This document shows, piece after piece, positions 1-15,097 of a stretch of DNA of 64,000 nt (the first letter of the stretch is position 1; each line of letters opens with the position of its first letter). The DNA comes from Macrostomum lignano (taxonomy: Eukaryota), in assembly GCA_002269645.1 (NCBI GenBank), contig NIVC01000876.1, forward strand, positions 1 through 64,000. The letters run 5' to 3'. A program made the translations under genes and the position numbers. Under the pieces are notes generated by a model. It worked only from the letters and a program-made list of their open reading frames with translations, was not told the origin of the DNA and made no database searches.

Positions 1-603
1 GGGGTGGGGGGGGAGTGCCGAAAGATAAAAGGAGTTGGAAAGGAGGGGGCCGCGGACTCTGATGGGGCGCCCAGCTTCTCTAATTTGCGGCTTTCCCTTC
101 GCCCGGCTCCCTGCACTCGCAAAGGCTCAGATTTGGCTTGAGAGTCGATGCAGTGGCGCAGGATGAGGCTGGGATGCTGACTGACTGACTGACTCGATTC
201 TGAGGCTCGCCACTCGCCTGTAGTTTTTCGCCAGGGCCCCTCCACTGCCTCTCTCACTAATTGTACCTCATCAGCGGCCTGGCGGGGTGGGGCCTCGACT
301 CTCTCGTGCTCAAGGGGCTTAGATGAGGTGGAGGGATGGGGGCAACACGTGTGAGGCGGCCGTATACAGCAAGTGTGCTCAGCCTTGTCCAGTCCTGTCC
401 GATCTCGAACAGCCTTTCGCCTCGTCTTCCTTGCATTCGCAGTCCTGTCCCACCCTGTCTGAGTGGCCCTGCGAGTTTGTCAGGGCTGCTTCTCATATCT
501 GCGACTGGGATGCTCAACTTGGCAATAACTGTTCTGCGGGGGGGGGGACTGGCAGCGTAGGGTTTATGGCGAAGGAAATTTGCTTCGGGCCCTTAACTCC
601 GCA

Positions 604-1050
604 GTCCTCAGATCCCGAGTCCTCAGATCCCGAGTCCTCAGATCCCGAGTCCTCAGATCCCGAGTCCTCAGATCCCGAGTCCTCAGATCCCGAATCCTCA
701 AATCCCGAGTCCTCAGATCAAGAGTCCTCTAATCCCGAAGATCCGGAGTCCTCAGATCCTGAGTACTCAAACCCTTAAAGTCCTCAAATCCCGAGTCCTT
801 AGATCAGGAGTCTTTAATCCGAGTCCTCAGATTCCGAGTCCTCAAATCCCGAATCCTCAAATCCCGAGTCCTCAGATCTCGAGTCCTCAGATCCCGAGTC
901 TTCAAATCCGGAATCTGTAAATCCCGAGTCCTCAGCTCCGGAGTCTCTAATCCGGAGTCCTCAGATCCGGAGTCTCTCTAATCCCGAGTCCCAGTCCTTA
1001 CAACCGAAGTCCTCAAAATCCCGAGTCTTAAAATTCTGATTCTCAAATAG
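604..1050. repeat. 15-bp minisatellite (TCCTCAGATCCCGAG)n, degenerating rightwards
   Basis: Unit read directly; produces the DPESS repeat in ORF 323-778. Confidence 0.95.
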
Positions 1051-1219
1051 CAAATGCTGAGTCTTCAAGTCCATAAAAATTTTCAGACCTAAAATCCTCA
1101 AATTCCGATGCCAGATTCCGAGTCCTGAAAATTAAACATTCATTTTTTACTGCTTACATACTTCGGAATTCACAAACGCAATTTGTTAGTAATGCTATAA
1201 AAATATGTATGCTGCACTG

Positions 1220-1418
1220 CCATGCTCAGACCAAGACTCAGTAACCCCATGCTCAGCCCAGGACTCAGTAACCCCATGCTCAGCCCAGGACTAGTAACCC
1301 CATGCTCAGCCCAGGACTCAGTAACCCCATGCTCAGCCCAGGACTCAGTAACCCATGCTCAGACCAGGACTCAGTAACCCCATGCTCAGCCCAGGACTCA
1401 GTAACCCCATGCTCAGCC
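1220..1418. repeat. 27-bp minisatellite (CATGCTCAGCCCAGGACTCAGTAACCC)n, ~7 copies
   Basis: Unit read directly; 9-aa periodicity in overlapping ORFs. Confidence 0.95.
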
Positions 1419-2412
1419 AGGTAACTTCGCATCTGGCACCTCGCGACTTTATCGATTTTCCTACTCTGCATCTCCCGCCCCATCTGAGGATTCTGGGCCA
1501 TGCAACTCCTGCTTCCTTTTTGCAACAAAAATAAGGATTCTGAGCACGGCAGCTCCCAGCACCCACTTCCCCACCCAGAGCTTCCTCAACTCCTCTTTGC
1601 GTCTTTCAAATTGCTGGCGCTCTCAAAATTTTTTCTTCCAGATGTAGTGTCGCTGCCGGGTCTCCACCCCCCGCTTAACACGCCGCAGCTTTAAAAATGG
1701 GGCAGGGGAGCTGCTCTGGGGATCTGGGGAATTGATGATGCTGATGACAATGCGCCCATGAAATTTCTGCTCATTGTGTCACTCCCGCTGGGCGGGGACT
1801 CTGGAGGAAAGAGTCTGCTTTTAGTAGAGAGAACAAGAGTCTGCATGCAGCGCCTCATCAGCATCGACTTGTATTTCAAACTGGCTTGGCCGCTTCCCAG
1901 ATCGGCTTCAAGTCCCGCGAGTCCCCGAGTCCCCTCTGAGCAGTTCTCTGTGAGCAGAAAACTTGGCAAATTGACTGACCACCGGCAACCACTTACAGGG
2001 AATTTAGGATTGCCAAATTTTACTGGCTTTTCATGGCAGCCGCGCGTGTAAAAGCAGAAACTGAGGCCAAGCTTTTGTTTTCGAGGTCAAAGTTGCTCCC
2101 GCAATGCTGCATTGTATTTGCTACAGCAGCTGTTAACACGTTATTACTATACACTGTATGCTCATAGTTTACTAATTGAATTGGCTATGCGGGTATTCAT
2201 AATCATAACTGCCGCAGTAATTATTCAGCTATCAGTGACGACCGACTCTCAGAGTTCCGTAGACTGCAGGATTTCGGGTTGCCAGGGCTGCGTTTGCCTC
2301 TCCCATTGCTGGAGCAGTTTCGGTGTACATGCATTATTAATCTGATTTATGTGTCACATTGTGGGAGTATGTTTCTTACTCAGCTTTGTATGCTTATAAA
2401 CTTATAATAGTG

Positions 2413-2727
<315 letters not shown>

Positions 2728-3727
2728 CAACTACCTGTCTGTCTGTCTGTCTGTCTATCTAGAGTTTTATTGATCAAAACTTTCTCTCAGCAGTGGCAGA
2801 AACCTCAGAAAGGGATTCTCCAAGAGCCCAGTCGCGTTCGCAATGACAGTTAAGAGTCAAAGTGACAGACAGACGCAGCAGTTCTCTACAAATGCTCAGC
2901 GCGCAGCTCAGCTGCAGGGGAAGAAATTCTCACACCGCCCGCCCCCAGTGACTTTCCCTGTCTGTTGGAAGGGTGGGGAAGACAGCTGGAGCCGGCAGTT
3001 TTGAGTGCCCCGGACCCCGGCAACAGCGCCGCCTCCCCAGCCCTGCACTCTCCCTAATTCTCTCCCTGACCCCCACACGCTGGCAGTCCGGAGCGGAGCT
3101 GCACTTGGAGACCATTAGCTGAGCACGAGGGTAAAATATGAGTAATTGTAACCTCACCTCTGTCTCTGCACTCTCTAACTCTGAGCTGTTGTGGGGCAGA
3201 GGCCAGGGGGCTTTGCATGAAACAAAAAAGTGAGTATTTGGTGCTCAGAATTTGTAGGCAGCTCATTCTGTCCCGCCTCCCCGCTGCTTAGGTGAGTGAC
3301 AGCTCACGTGGGTTTCTGTATTGCCAGCACAGTGTGTGAGGCTGTCTGTCTGTCTGCAGTTTTCTAAAAATATCTCTCAGGAGCAGACAATGAGAACGGG
3401 AGGCAATTAAATTGCATTAATAATGTAGCTACCAGTCCTGCAAGAGGGGTCGAGCTGTTGAGAGGAGTGTGCTGTGTTCTCGGAATCTTGAAAATTGCCT
3501 AATTGAGTTGAGAATTGAATAACCCGAGACCACTGCTGTCCATGCAGATGAGGAGCGGTTAAGCTGCTTGAGAAACTCCTTCAGTTCTGAGTTGTCAGTT
3601 CTCAGACACTGTCAATTCAGTAGTCTGCATTTCAGTGCAAGATGCCAAAACAGCTGCCTATTAACGGGCTTGAGTTGGTGTTGAGTCTGTTCTATTTTAA
3701 ATAATCTGCTCACATAGGCACCCCCCG

Positions 3728-4165
3728 AATATTCAGCGGGTCCCTTTCACCCTCCCCTGACATTCAGCGGGTCCCTTTCACCCTCCCCTGACATTCAGAG
3801 GGTCCCTTTCACCCTCCCCTGATTATTCAGCGGGTCCCTTTCACCTTCCCCTGACATTCAGAGGGTCCCTTTCACCCTCCCCTGACATTCAGCGGGTCCC
3901 TTTCACCCTCCCCTGACATTCAGAGGGTCCCTTTCACCCTCCCCTAACATTCAGAGGGTCCCTTTCACCCTCCCCTGACATTCAGCGGGTCCCTTTCACC
4001 CTCCCCTGACATTCAGAGGGTCCCTTTCACCCTCCCCTGACATTCAGCGGGTCCATTTCACCCTCCCCTGACATTCAGAGGGTCCCTTTCACCCTCCCCT
4101 GACATTTAGAGGGTCTCTTTCACCCTCCCCTGACATTCAGCGGGTCCCTTTCACCCTCCCCTGAC
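3728..4165. repeat. 31-bp minisatellite (CATTCAG[C/A]GGGTCCCTTTCACCCTCCCCTGA)n, ~14 copies
   Basis: Unit read directly. Confidence 0.95.
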
Positions 4166-6462
4166 TCTCGAGTCTCCAGAGAGCGGCAGCAAGCCCGCGA
4201 CCATAAAAAGTTGGGCAAGATTTTGACAAAGGCCTCCACACGGTCAGACAGAAACTGAAGGCTTCTTTCCCGCAAATAATACTGGAGAAAAGAGTGTTCA
4301 GGAAAGAGCCGGCAACCCCTCGATCTCTTCTTCTGAGAAGGAAAAGTGAAAGAGAAAATGGCCTCGCAGCCAGCTTGCCTTGAGAACCCCCTCTTCTCCT
4401 TAAGCCCCATTCTCCCCTCTTCCTGTTCCTAACCATATTTTTATAAAAAATCCCCATTTTTACCTTCCTGTAAACTTTTTCTCCGCTCACGTTAATGTTG
4501 GGCATTTTTCATACTTCCCTACTGTGTCAGAGTTGAGGAAAGGTGTCCGTAGTCGGCAAGGCAGGCGGTTTTGCATAGAAAAATCCCCAATCAATAGGCA
4601 ATACAATGCGGCTATCCGCTATTGTCTCTGCGGAGCCGGAAAAGTCATTCTTCTATAAATATTCTTCCCTGGCACTCTGACTTCCCGTTTTTCGCTTCAA
4701 CTCGTCAGGAAACTCCACACCTGAGAGGCAGTTCTGCTCGCATCTAAAGCTCCAGGTGTCCCTTTGACAAGTTCAGGGCCTAGAAATCTGTTAGTTAGTT
4801 AATTAATCGTGTTAACTTATACTTGCTGAGATTCAACTATTCAAGCGTTATGGTATTTGAGCAATGAAAACAGCCATCAGGGCCAACCTGTGAGCGAGTG
4901 TTTGAGGGCGTGCCTGCGGAATGGCAGAACTGTCTCAGCGTTGGTGTTGTGAGACAATGTTGCCGAAGTCCTGCAGTCATTATTAATATTATTATTAGCT
5001 AGAATGACAACAGTTCGGCTTTGAAAACCGATGATTGTTTAAGATAAGGCGACGCGACCTTGCAGAATCCCCGAGCATTGGCACGCTCAGGGGTTCCGCA
5101 TGACCAGGATTAGCTCGACACGATTTTGCCAGTTCGCTAATCTCCGCTAATCGCAGGCAGATTAACGCTTCGGATTTTGGCACTGAAGGCTAGAGAATGA
5201 TGGAGTTGCTCAGTGAGGCATCGCGCATGATGAGGCTGGTGCTCATCCGGGCAGAAGATCAGCGAATGCTTCATTGGAGCTGCGGACTCGGGGGGGGGGG
5301 TCCCGTTGAAAACGTTACCGTGACAAGAATCGCTAGGGTGATTGCTAACAACTCACAAGGGACTCTAGCGACTGTGGGGCGACTCGAGTCTTGTGACTTT
5401 TCAACGACTCAAACGACTTCGGCGACTTGTACCGTGACATCTCGTCGTTTTTGCGTCGTCTGGAGTCACTTCTTTCCTGTTTTACCTGCGTTACCTGCAA
5501 CGACTCTGGCAACGCAAGTGACTTTCGGACTCTACTTGGCGTAGGTACCGATTTCATCGGGGTGTCAGGGAGCGCCGAGGTGCACTGATGGCTTTTCGGA
5601 AACCACCACAACCCTGGCGCACACGAAACTTTAATTTAGAACCCGAATACACAGGTCTGCAGGCGTGAAGCCCTGGCTTAGAACCCCATTTTACCTGTCT
5701 CACATTACTTCAGCCTCGAGCTCTCTATATACATTCTAATTTCTAATGGTTCAGAATCTCTCCGCATTTCCGCTCTCCCCGTACTGAATTCCGGACGCGG
5801 CACACAGCCAGGTAATTTCCTATGCGGTGCAGACAGCCGGCACCGTGGGAAACCGAGCTGCATCTGTTGCGCAACAACAGGCCCTGGGAGAGCATTACAG
5901 TAAAACAAAAACAGAAACAGACGACTCTGGCGGATATTTGAACTGCGGGGCCCTGGGGGGGTGGTCCAGTGCTTCCTTTAGCGATGTAACAATCATTCTT
6001 GTTAATTCACACGAGAACTGCTTTAATAAAGAGAGAATTTGGCTACTTACCTGCCTGCCTTCCACACTTTTTATTACGCATGCAGAGGGTTTCCGTGGGA
6101 GGCTCTGCCGCCCATTTCTCTCAAAAAAAAAAATCTTGCCCCACGCTGTTCAAAGGGACGACAGAAAAAAGAGGAAACCCGAAGCGAGATTGCTTTGAAT
6201 TTCCAATTTGTAGTTAAGAAGTTGTAGCGAAGCTAAGAATATAATTATAAAGCCAGGCTTGCATGCAGCCCCTCACGGTGCTGGGCGGTACAAATAGACT
6301 GGAAATCTGAGCTGCTTTTGCATGCGGGTTTGTTGCAATTTCCTCAGGGTGTGCCGGTCCGCTGCTTTTAGTTGCTTGCTCTCTCTTACTGCTGTCCACT
6401 GATTCGAATCGGCAAATATTTTCTTTGTTCTGGGCTCTAAAGGACGATTTATTGTTTTATTT

Positions 6463-6925
6463 AGCCCTCAGTTGGCGCCACCCCACAACTCAGCCCTCAG
6501 TTGGCGCCACCCCATAACTCAGCCCTCAGTTGGCGCCATCCCACAATCCAGTCCTCAGTTGGCGCCACCCCACAACTCAGCCCTCAGTTAGCGCCACCCC
6601 ACAACTCAGTCATCAGTTGGCGCCATCCCACAATCCAGCCCTCATTTGGCGCCACCCCATAACTCAGCCCTCATTCGGCGCCACCCTAAGAACTCAGCCC
6701 TCATTCAGCGCCACCCTAAGAACTCAGCCCTCATTCGGCGCCACCCCAAGAACTCAGCCCTCATTTGGCGCCACCCCAAGAACTCAGCCCTCAGTTGGCG
6801 CCACCCCAAGAACTCAGCCCTCAGTTGGCGCCACCCCAAGAACTCAGCCCTCATTCGGCGCCACCCCAAGAACTCAGCCCTCAGTTGGCGCCACCCCAAG
6901 AACTCAGCCCTCATTCGGCGCTATC
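6463..6925. repeat. 30-bp minisatellite (AACTCAGCCCTCAGTTGGCGCCACCCCAAG)n
   Basis: Unit read directly; 10-aa periodicity in ORFs 6530-7165 and 6646-6948. Confidence 0.95.
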
Positions 6926-6984
6926 CCCTGGGTGACTGCTCATCATAATTTGAATTTGGCAACTCCACCTGCCCACCCGGCCAG

Positions 6985-7062
6985 GTCCGCACTTTGTTCG
7001 TCAGCGGCCTCCCGATGGACACGAAGTCGCGCGAGCTGTACCTGCTGTTTCGCGGGTTCAAG
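6985..7062 (+). CDS. cpo: couch potato/RBPMS/mec-8 RRM protein, RRM exon A ([26 protein letters not shown]); upstream coding exon not located
   Basis: ccag acceptor and GT donor, 78 nt, phase 0; closely matches the Cpo/RBPMS RNP2 segment [23 protein letters not shown]. Confidence 0.95.
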
Positions 7063-7457
7063 GTGTGTTTCAAACTATATTTCAATATTTATAACGCAAT
7101 TTGTTAACTGGCAATCACAAATTCAACTGCGCAATCTGTTAAAAGAGACGAAACTGGAATCATAAAAAATTTCCTGCACACTAAAATCGAATGCGTTTTG
7201 TTTCTAGGGCACCTGAAATTGGCAACCGCGAGCTGATGGCCAAATTTTTGGTCTCGCGATTTTTTTCTAAGCGAAATTTTGTGAGCCACGAGTTTGAGGA
7301 GAGAGGTGTAAGTTCGCCGGGCCGAAACCCGAACACGAAGCTTTCCCGCACAACACTGTGGCGCCTTGGAGTTTGGGGTGACATCACAGACCTGAGCACC
7401 AGCAATATGATTCACTGTTTTTGTTTGCTTTTTATCACAGCGAGGGGCGCTAGGAGG

Positions 7458-9385
7458 GGACAGTGGCGCCAATCTTAGAGACGGTGGCGCCAATATTAAA
7501 GACAGTGGCGCCCTTCTTAGAGACAGTGGCGCCAATCTTAGAGACAGTGGCGTCAATCTTAGAGACAGTGGCGCCAATCCTATAGAAAGTGGCACCAATC
7601 CTATAGAAAGTGGCACCAATCCTATAGAAAGTGGCACCAATATTAGAGACACTGTCGCCAATCTTAGAGACAGTGGCGCCAATCTTAGAGACACTGTCGC
7701 CAATCTTAGAGACAGTGGCGCCAATCTTAGAGACACTGTCGCCAATCTTAGAGACAGTGGCGCCAATATTAGAGACAGTGGCGCCAATCTTAGAGACAGT
7801 GGCGCCAATATTAGAGACAGTGGCGCCAATATTAGAGACAGTGGCGCCAATATTAGAGACAGTGGCGCCAATCTTAGAGACAGTGGCGCCAATCTTAGAG
7901 ACAGTGGCGCCAATCTTAGAGACAGTGGCGCCAATCTTAGAGACAGTGGCGCCAATCTTAGAGACAGTGGCGCCAATCTTAGAGACAGTGGCGCCAATCT
8001 TAGAGACAGCGGCGCCAATCTTAGAGACAGTGGCGCTAATCTTAGAGACAGTGGCGCCAATCCTATAGAAAGTGGCACCAATCCTATAGAAAGTGGCACC
8101 AATCCTATAGAAAGTGGCACCAATCTTAGAGACAGTGGCGCCAATCTTAGAGACAGTGGCGCCCTTCTTAGAGACGGTGGCGCCAATATAAAAGACAGTG
8201 GCGCCAATCTTAGAGACAGTGGCGCCAATCTTAGAGACAGCGGCGCCAATCTTAGAGACTGGCGCCAATATTAAAGACAGTGGCGCCCTTCTTAGAGACA
8301 GCGGCGCCAATCTTAGAGACAGTGGCGCCAATATTAAAGACAGTGGCACCCTTCTTAGAGACAGCGGCGCCAATCTTAGAGACAGTGGCGCCAATCTTAA
8401 AGACAGTGGCGCCAATCTTAGAGACAGTGGCGCCAATCTTAGAGACAGTGGCGCTAATCTTAGAGACAGTGGCGCCAATCTTAGAGACAGTGGCGCCAAT
8501 ATTAAAGACAATGGCGCCCTTCTTAGAGACAGCGGCGCCAATCTTAGAGACAGTGGCGCCAATCTTAGAGACAGTGGCACCCTTCTTAGAGACAGTGGCG
8601 CCAATCTTAGAGACAGTGGCGCCAATCTTAGAGACAGTGGCGCCAATCTTAGAGACAGTGGCACCCTTCTTAGAGACAGCGGCGCCAATCTTATAGACAG
8701 TGGCGCCAATCTTAGAGACATTGGCGCCAATATTTGAGACAGTGGCGCCAATCTTATAGACAGTGGTGCCAATCTTATAGACAGTGGCGCCAATCTTATA
8801 GACAGTGGTGCCAATCTTATAGACAGCGGTGCCAATCTTAGAGACAGTGGCGCCAATATTAAAGACAGTGGCGCCAATCTTAGAGACAGTGGCGCCAATA
8901 TTAAAGACAGTGGCGCCAATCTTAAAGACAGTGGCGCCAATCTTAGAGACAGTGGCGCCAATCTTAGAGACAGTGGCGCTAATCTTAGAGACAGTGGTGC
9001 CAATCTTAGAGACAGTGGCGCCAATCTTAGAGACAGTGGCGCCCTTCTTAGAGACAGCGGCGCCAATCTTAGAGACAGTGGCGCCCTTCTTAAAGACAGC
9101 GGCGCCAATCTTAGAGACAGTGGCGCCAATCTTAGAGACAGTGGCGCCCTTCTTAAAGACAGCGGCGCCAATCTTAGAGACAGTGGCGCCAATCTTAGAG
9201 ACACTGTCGCCAATCTTAGAGACAGTGGCGCCAATATTAGAGACAGTGGCGCCAATATTAAAGACAGTGGCGCCAATCTTAGAGACAGGGGCGCCAATCT
9301 TAGAGACAGTGGCGCCCTTCTTAGAGACAGTGGCGCCAATCTTAGAGACAGTGGCGCCAATCTTAGAGACAGGGGCGCCAATCTC
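7458..9385. repeat. 21-bp minisatellite (AGTGGCGCCAATCTTAGAGAC)n, ~90 copies, filling a cpo intron
   Basis: Unit read directly; source of the LAPLSLR, ETVAPIL and LRDSGAN ORFs. Confidence 0.97.
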
Positions 9386-9893
9386 AAGAACAGTTACGCC
9401 AGAAGAAGACAGAAGGAGCCGTCACCCCATGGCCGCCACTGCTGCACCCAAAGCGCAATTTCTGTTGAGTTTCGGCCGGAGGGCGGGTGCTGTGAGGCAG
9501 AATTGCATAATCTTTAACAAGTCCACGGCGCACCTCCAAACAACTAATTCACAAAGCAACACACTAACCAAAACCCCTTGTCTCCGGTGTTTTGCTGCTT
9601 TGAATCTGCAAGCAGAAATGATTGAAGCACCGTCGCACTTACTGAAAGCAGAAAATATAAAAAAGCCGGTGTCTTCTTTCGGTCAGAATTTGCAGTAGTT
9701 ACAGGAAATAATCACAGTGTCAAGAAAGCAGCTCATGAGTGCTGCACGTTTCAAGCACCAGTTTAAATAATTTCTCGCATATTAATTTTCGACTTGAGCT
9801 CACATTTCCACCCTCGGTTTTGTACACAAATTTTCAATGAAGAAAAATATGTTTTACCGACGCTAAACACTGCGAAATGAACGCCATCCGCAG

Positions 9894-9947
9894 GGCTACG
9901 AGACTTCCCTGCTGAAGGTCACCGGCAAGAACGGGAAAACCACTTCG
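9894..9947 (+). CDS. cpo: cpo exon B (GYETSLLKVTGKNGKTTS)
   Basis: cag acceptor and GTAAGT donor, 54 nt; matches Cpo GYEGSLLKVTSKNGKTAS. Confidence 0.95.
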
Positions 9948-10019
9948 GTAAGTTCGAATCAGTTCGAATTCCCAGTGCGTCTATCGGCTCCCGATCTAAC
10001 AATGGAACAAACATTTCAG

Positions 10020-10082
10020 CCGGTCGGCTTCGTGACCTTCAAAACCCGGCTGGACGCCGAGATGGCGAAGAAGGACCTGCAG
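10020..10082 (+). CDS. cpo: cpo exon C (PVGFVTFKTRLDAEMAKKDLQ; RNP1)
   Basis: 72-nt upstream intron with GTAAGT...cag, GTGAG donor; RNP1 motif PVGFVTF. Confidence 0.95.
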
Positions 10083-10727
10083 GTGAGCCGGGCAGGTGCG
10101 GCCGGAGGTCGCCAAGGGCGAGCGGGGGTTGCGAGGGAATGGAAGGAAATTTGCTGCAAACACTTGTCCGGCTCTTGCTGCTTCCAGTCTCCCCCCCCCC
10201 CGAATTCCCGCTCTCCATCCTTAATCTCATCAGCACGCACGCAATCCGTGAGCCGGCCTGAGCTGCTCAGCCTCCTTCATCCTGCTCCGTCAAGGTGGCT
10301 TTGCCTCGAAATTCGGCTAAAGAGACTATTATGATGAGGCTTTTCTCAGTCTCTCCCGGCGACCCTAGCAACTAGCTGCGTCTTCCCGCTTCTTTTTCGA
10401 TTTTTTTTTCAGTTTAATCCCCGCATATTGCGTGTCTAATATCCCGATGGGACTTAACCGAGATTCCCCAACGAAGGACAGTCCTCATCTTCTAGGAAAT
10501 TGAAGGACAGCTGGGCTTGTCTTTTGATTGAAAATTTATAATATTATTTTTGCTTGGGTAAAGTGGCGAATTTGAAAATGGAGGAATTAATAAATCAATT
10601 CTTTGAGCCGCTTTCAGCTGAAGACAGCAAGCGCTCGGGAAGGCACCGAAAGAGCCTAAAATTATTTTCAAAGAATCGAGGTGAAGGAAAGTGCCTACTT
10701 TCTCTGAAATCAATCACCTACCCCTAC

Positions 10728-12228
<1,501 letters not shown>

Positions 12229-13591
12229 CGAACCATTTTTAGATTAAATTTCTCAAATTTGTCTAGAAAAGCAAGCAGAGTTGCTACTGTCAAAGTACGA
12301 GTATATTCTTTCTATTTTCTGTGGATTTCAACGCCTCCTGTCTCAACGCTGTTCTCCTCGTCGAAATTACGAAGTCGTAGAAAACTCTTAAGCCAGTTCG
12401 GAGCCGAGGCGCCATGTGTGCTCAAGCACCTCTCCAGTTCTCCAGCTCGTGAACCAAAGGCGAAATGGCTATTTTTTTAGGCGAGGGTCACAGAGTGGCA
12501 TAAGAGGTTGGCGGCCCCGGGTCCCTTGGGAACAGTTGGTCAGCGCCGCTGTCCCCCTCCCCGACCCCCCTGCCCGCCGCTCTGCGTGTCTCTCCCGACC
12601 CATCTCGCTACTCGCATCTTCTTGGCGCAGCGATCGAAGGGTCGCTCTGTTCTCCCAGCAACCCCGCCTCCCTTCGAAGTCTTGGGTGGCAGGTTTTCTT
12701 TGCCAGATCGCCAGAGAAGGAAGGAGCGAGAGAGCTCGAGTGAGTGGATTTTTTAGTGCCGCCACGAGGCCAGGGGATATATGTGCAATGGGGATATTGC
12801 TTTCTAGCAGGCAGGAGTGTCACGTGCTTTGAATTGAGTAACTCGAGAATCCCCCCGCAGGCCGGTGCTTCAGAGTTTCAGTAGCCATTTCCTTTTTAAC
12901 CGCTTGACTTCAGTTTTCAGTTGGAGGGGGTCCAGTTACACCCTGAAGGCCCTGAAGGCTTTCAAAAGATTTTTCCTGGAGCTCGCCGCGTCGTGGCCAG
13001 AAATTTGCATGCGACACAGCGGCTCAATGCAAATTGTTAGGGCTGGGAAAACTTCTCAGGAAGAAGGAAAGAAATTAGTCGGCAGTTCAAAGCGGGCCGC
13101 CCACTCCAGGCTCGCATCTGCTTGCATCCGCTTCCAATCCGCGGGAAAGCCGCCAAATCGCCTCTCCCTAGAGGGTGACTGACTGCGAATTTGAATTGAG
13201 AGGTCAAGAGAGCATTTTCAACTTTTGTATTTAAAAGTTTCACTCAATACAGCCGGCCGCACTGCTGCCTTATGCTCCGCAAATGGCCCTTTGGACTCAA
13301 ATTCAAGCAGCAAAATTTAAGCGAAGATTGCAGCAGGAAGTGTGCAAGAGTCAGTCAGCTCAGAGTTTCGCTGAGCAGGATTGCGGCTTGGGGCGAGCCA
13401 TTGCTCAGCGAGTTGGATGCAGAGCTTGAGCAAGGGACGGATGGTGAGAAGGAGGGTGAGGCCAGGAGTATAAAGGTGATTAGGAGATTTTTAAAGTGAC
13501 AAACAAAATTTTAAGAGACTTATGTTGCTTGTAACTCATAAATAAGATTTTAAATGCTGGGGCATCCCGCTTTGCACTGTGGACTGCTTAG

Positions 13592-13886
13592 CTGACCGAT
13601 TCACCCCATACCCTGACGGATTCACCCCATACCCTGACTGATTCACCCCATACCCTGACTGATTCATCCCATACCCTGACTGATTCACCCCATACCCTGA
13701 CTGATTCACCCCATATCCTGACTGATTCACCCCATACCCTGACCGATTCAACCCATACCCTGACTGATTCATCCCATACCCTGACTGATTCACCCCATAC
13801 CCTGACTGATTCACCCCATATCCTGACTGATTCATCCCATACCCTGACTGATTCAACTCATACCCTGACCTATTCATCCCATACCC
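13592..13886. repeat. 21-bp minisatellite (GATTCACCCCATACCCTGACT)n ending ~18 nt before a cpo acceptor
   Basis: Unit read directly. Confidence 0.95.
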
Positions 13887-13904
13887 TTCGCTCCAATCCG
13901 CCAG

Positions 13905-14043
13905 GGCGTGAAGTTCGACCTGGAGATGCCGCAGACGCTCCGCCTGGAGTTCGCCAAGAGCAACACGAAGGTGACGAAGCCGAAGCAGCACAGCCCGCAG
14001 CAGGCCGCCGCCCACCAGACTCTGCTGCACCAGCTCGCCGGGC
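13905..14043 (+). CDS. cpo: cpo exon D (GVKFDLEMPQTLRLEFAKSNTKVTKPKQHSPQQAAAHQTLLHQLAG)
   Basis: ccag acceptor and GTGAGT donor (phase 1); matches the RRM end GVRFDPxxPQTLRLEFAKSNTK. Confidence 0.95.
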
Positions 14044-14239
14044 GTGAGTGTCCCGTTTTGCACTGCGCAATAAAAATCGAGAAAGTTGGAACTTTGGGGA
14101 TTAGGAAGTCTGTGGGCAACTGGGTAAATGGAATAAGGGGTCGCCATTATAAACCCGAAAAATCACAATCCCTAAATATCACAAACCTGAAATATCATAA
14201 CTTCGAAAACCAAAATAGTGTTGGACATTGCTAGAACTT

Positions 14240-14600
14240 TCGGATTTGTGACATTTCGACTTTGATAGTTCGGGTTTGTGATAGCTCGGGTTGTGATAGT
14301 TCAGGTTTGTGATAGTTCGGTTTTGTAATAGTTCGGGTTTGTGATAGTTCGGGTTTGTGATAGTTCGGGTTTGTGATAGTTCAGGTTTGTGATAGTTCAG
14401 GTTTGTGATAGTTCGGGTTTGTGATAGTTCGAGTTTGTGATAGTTCGAGTTTGTGACATTTCGGGTTTGTGATAGTTCAGGTTTGTGATAGTTCAGGTTT
14501 GTGATAGTTCAGGTTCGTGATAGTTCGGGTTTGTGATAGTTCGGGTTTGTGATAGTTCAGGTTTGTGATAGTACAGGTTTGGGGTAGTTCGGGTTTGTGA
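14240..14600. repeat. 16-bp minisatellite (GTGATAGTTCGGGTTT)n
   Basis: Unit read directly. Confidence 0.95.
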
Positions 14601-14671
14601 AGCCCCCCACTCGCTACCAAGCTCAGCCTCCATCATATTTGAGAAGTCCACGCAATCCCGTCCAACTGCAG

Positions 14672-14805
14672 CCGAGCTGCCAGCCTTCATTCCCACTACG
14701 GACGCCTGGCCGACTCACCCGGCCTTCTCGTACGCGGACTTGACCACGCCGACGCTGTTTCCGTCCACCGCGCTGCAGCCGCTCACCCAGATGCCCATCC
14801 GAGCC
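14672..14805 (+). CDS. cpo: cpo exon E (ELPAFIPTTDAWPTHPAFSYADLTTPTLFPSTALQPLTQMPIRA)
   Basis: ctgcag acceptor phase 1 fits exon D; GTGAGT donor phase 0; GC3-rich; AW.HP...Y motif typical of the RBPMS/Cpo region after the RRM. Confidence 0.85.
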
Positions 14806-15097
14806 GTGAGTGCCAAACCTGATCGCCAGCATGCAACTCACACTACTGACTTATATATACTACTTAATTCAAGCGATGCCCGCCATCAGTTGCATTTTAC
14901 TGTGCATGCGGCTTTCTGCATTCCATTCGGGCTCAAACGCATTGAATTCAGTCCAAGTGAGCCAAACCAACCCAACAGAGTCGTCTAAAAGGACTTTCGC
15001 AAAGATTAAGGTCCATGCATTCCAAATTGTCAGATTGACTAAGCTCTGAAAGCTGAAGAGTCAGTCAGACTTACCTGCTGTTTTAGCGGATGTTCTG

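Noticed and set aside
3728-4165. CRISPR-like appearance of the 30-31-bp arrays (also 6463-6925)
   Set aside because: Units are head-to-tail with no unique spacers; eukaryotic context and no cas genes
3200-5830. Candidate first coding exon of cpo
   Set aside because: Several donor-like sites (3228, 3291, 5811) but none follows a convincing phase-0 coding segment; the start may lie elsewhere
7104-9698. Long ORFs (645, 381, 289 aa) of LAPLSLR/ETVAPIL/LRDSGAN heptads as repeat proteins
   Set aside because: They are translations of a 21-bp minisatellite inside a cpo intron; they are open on both strands and switch frame mid-array
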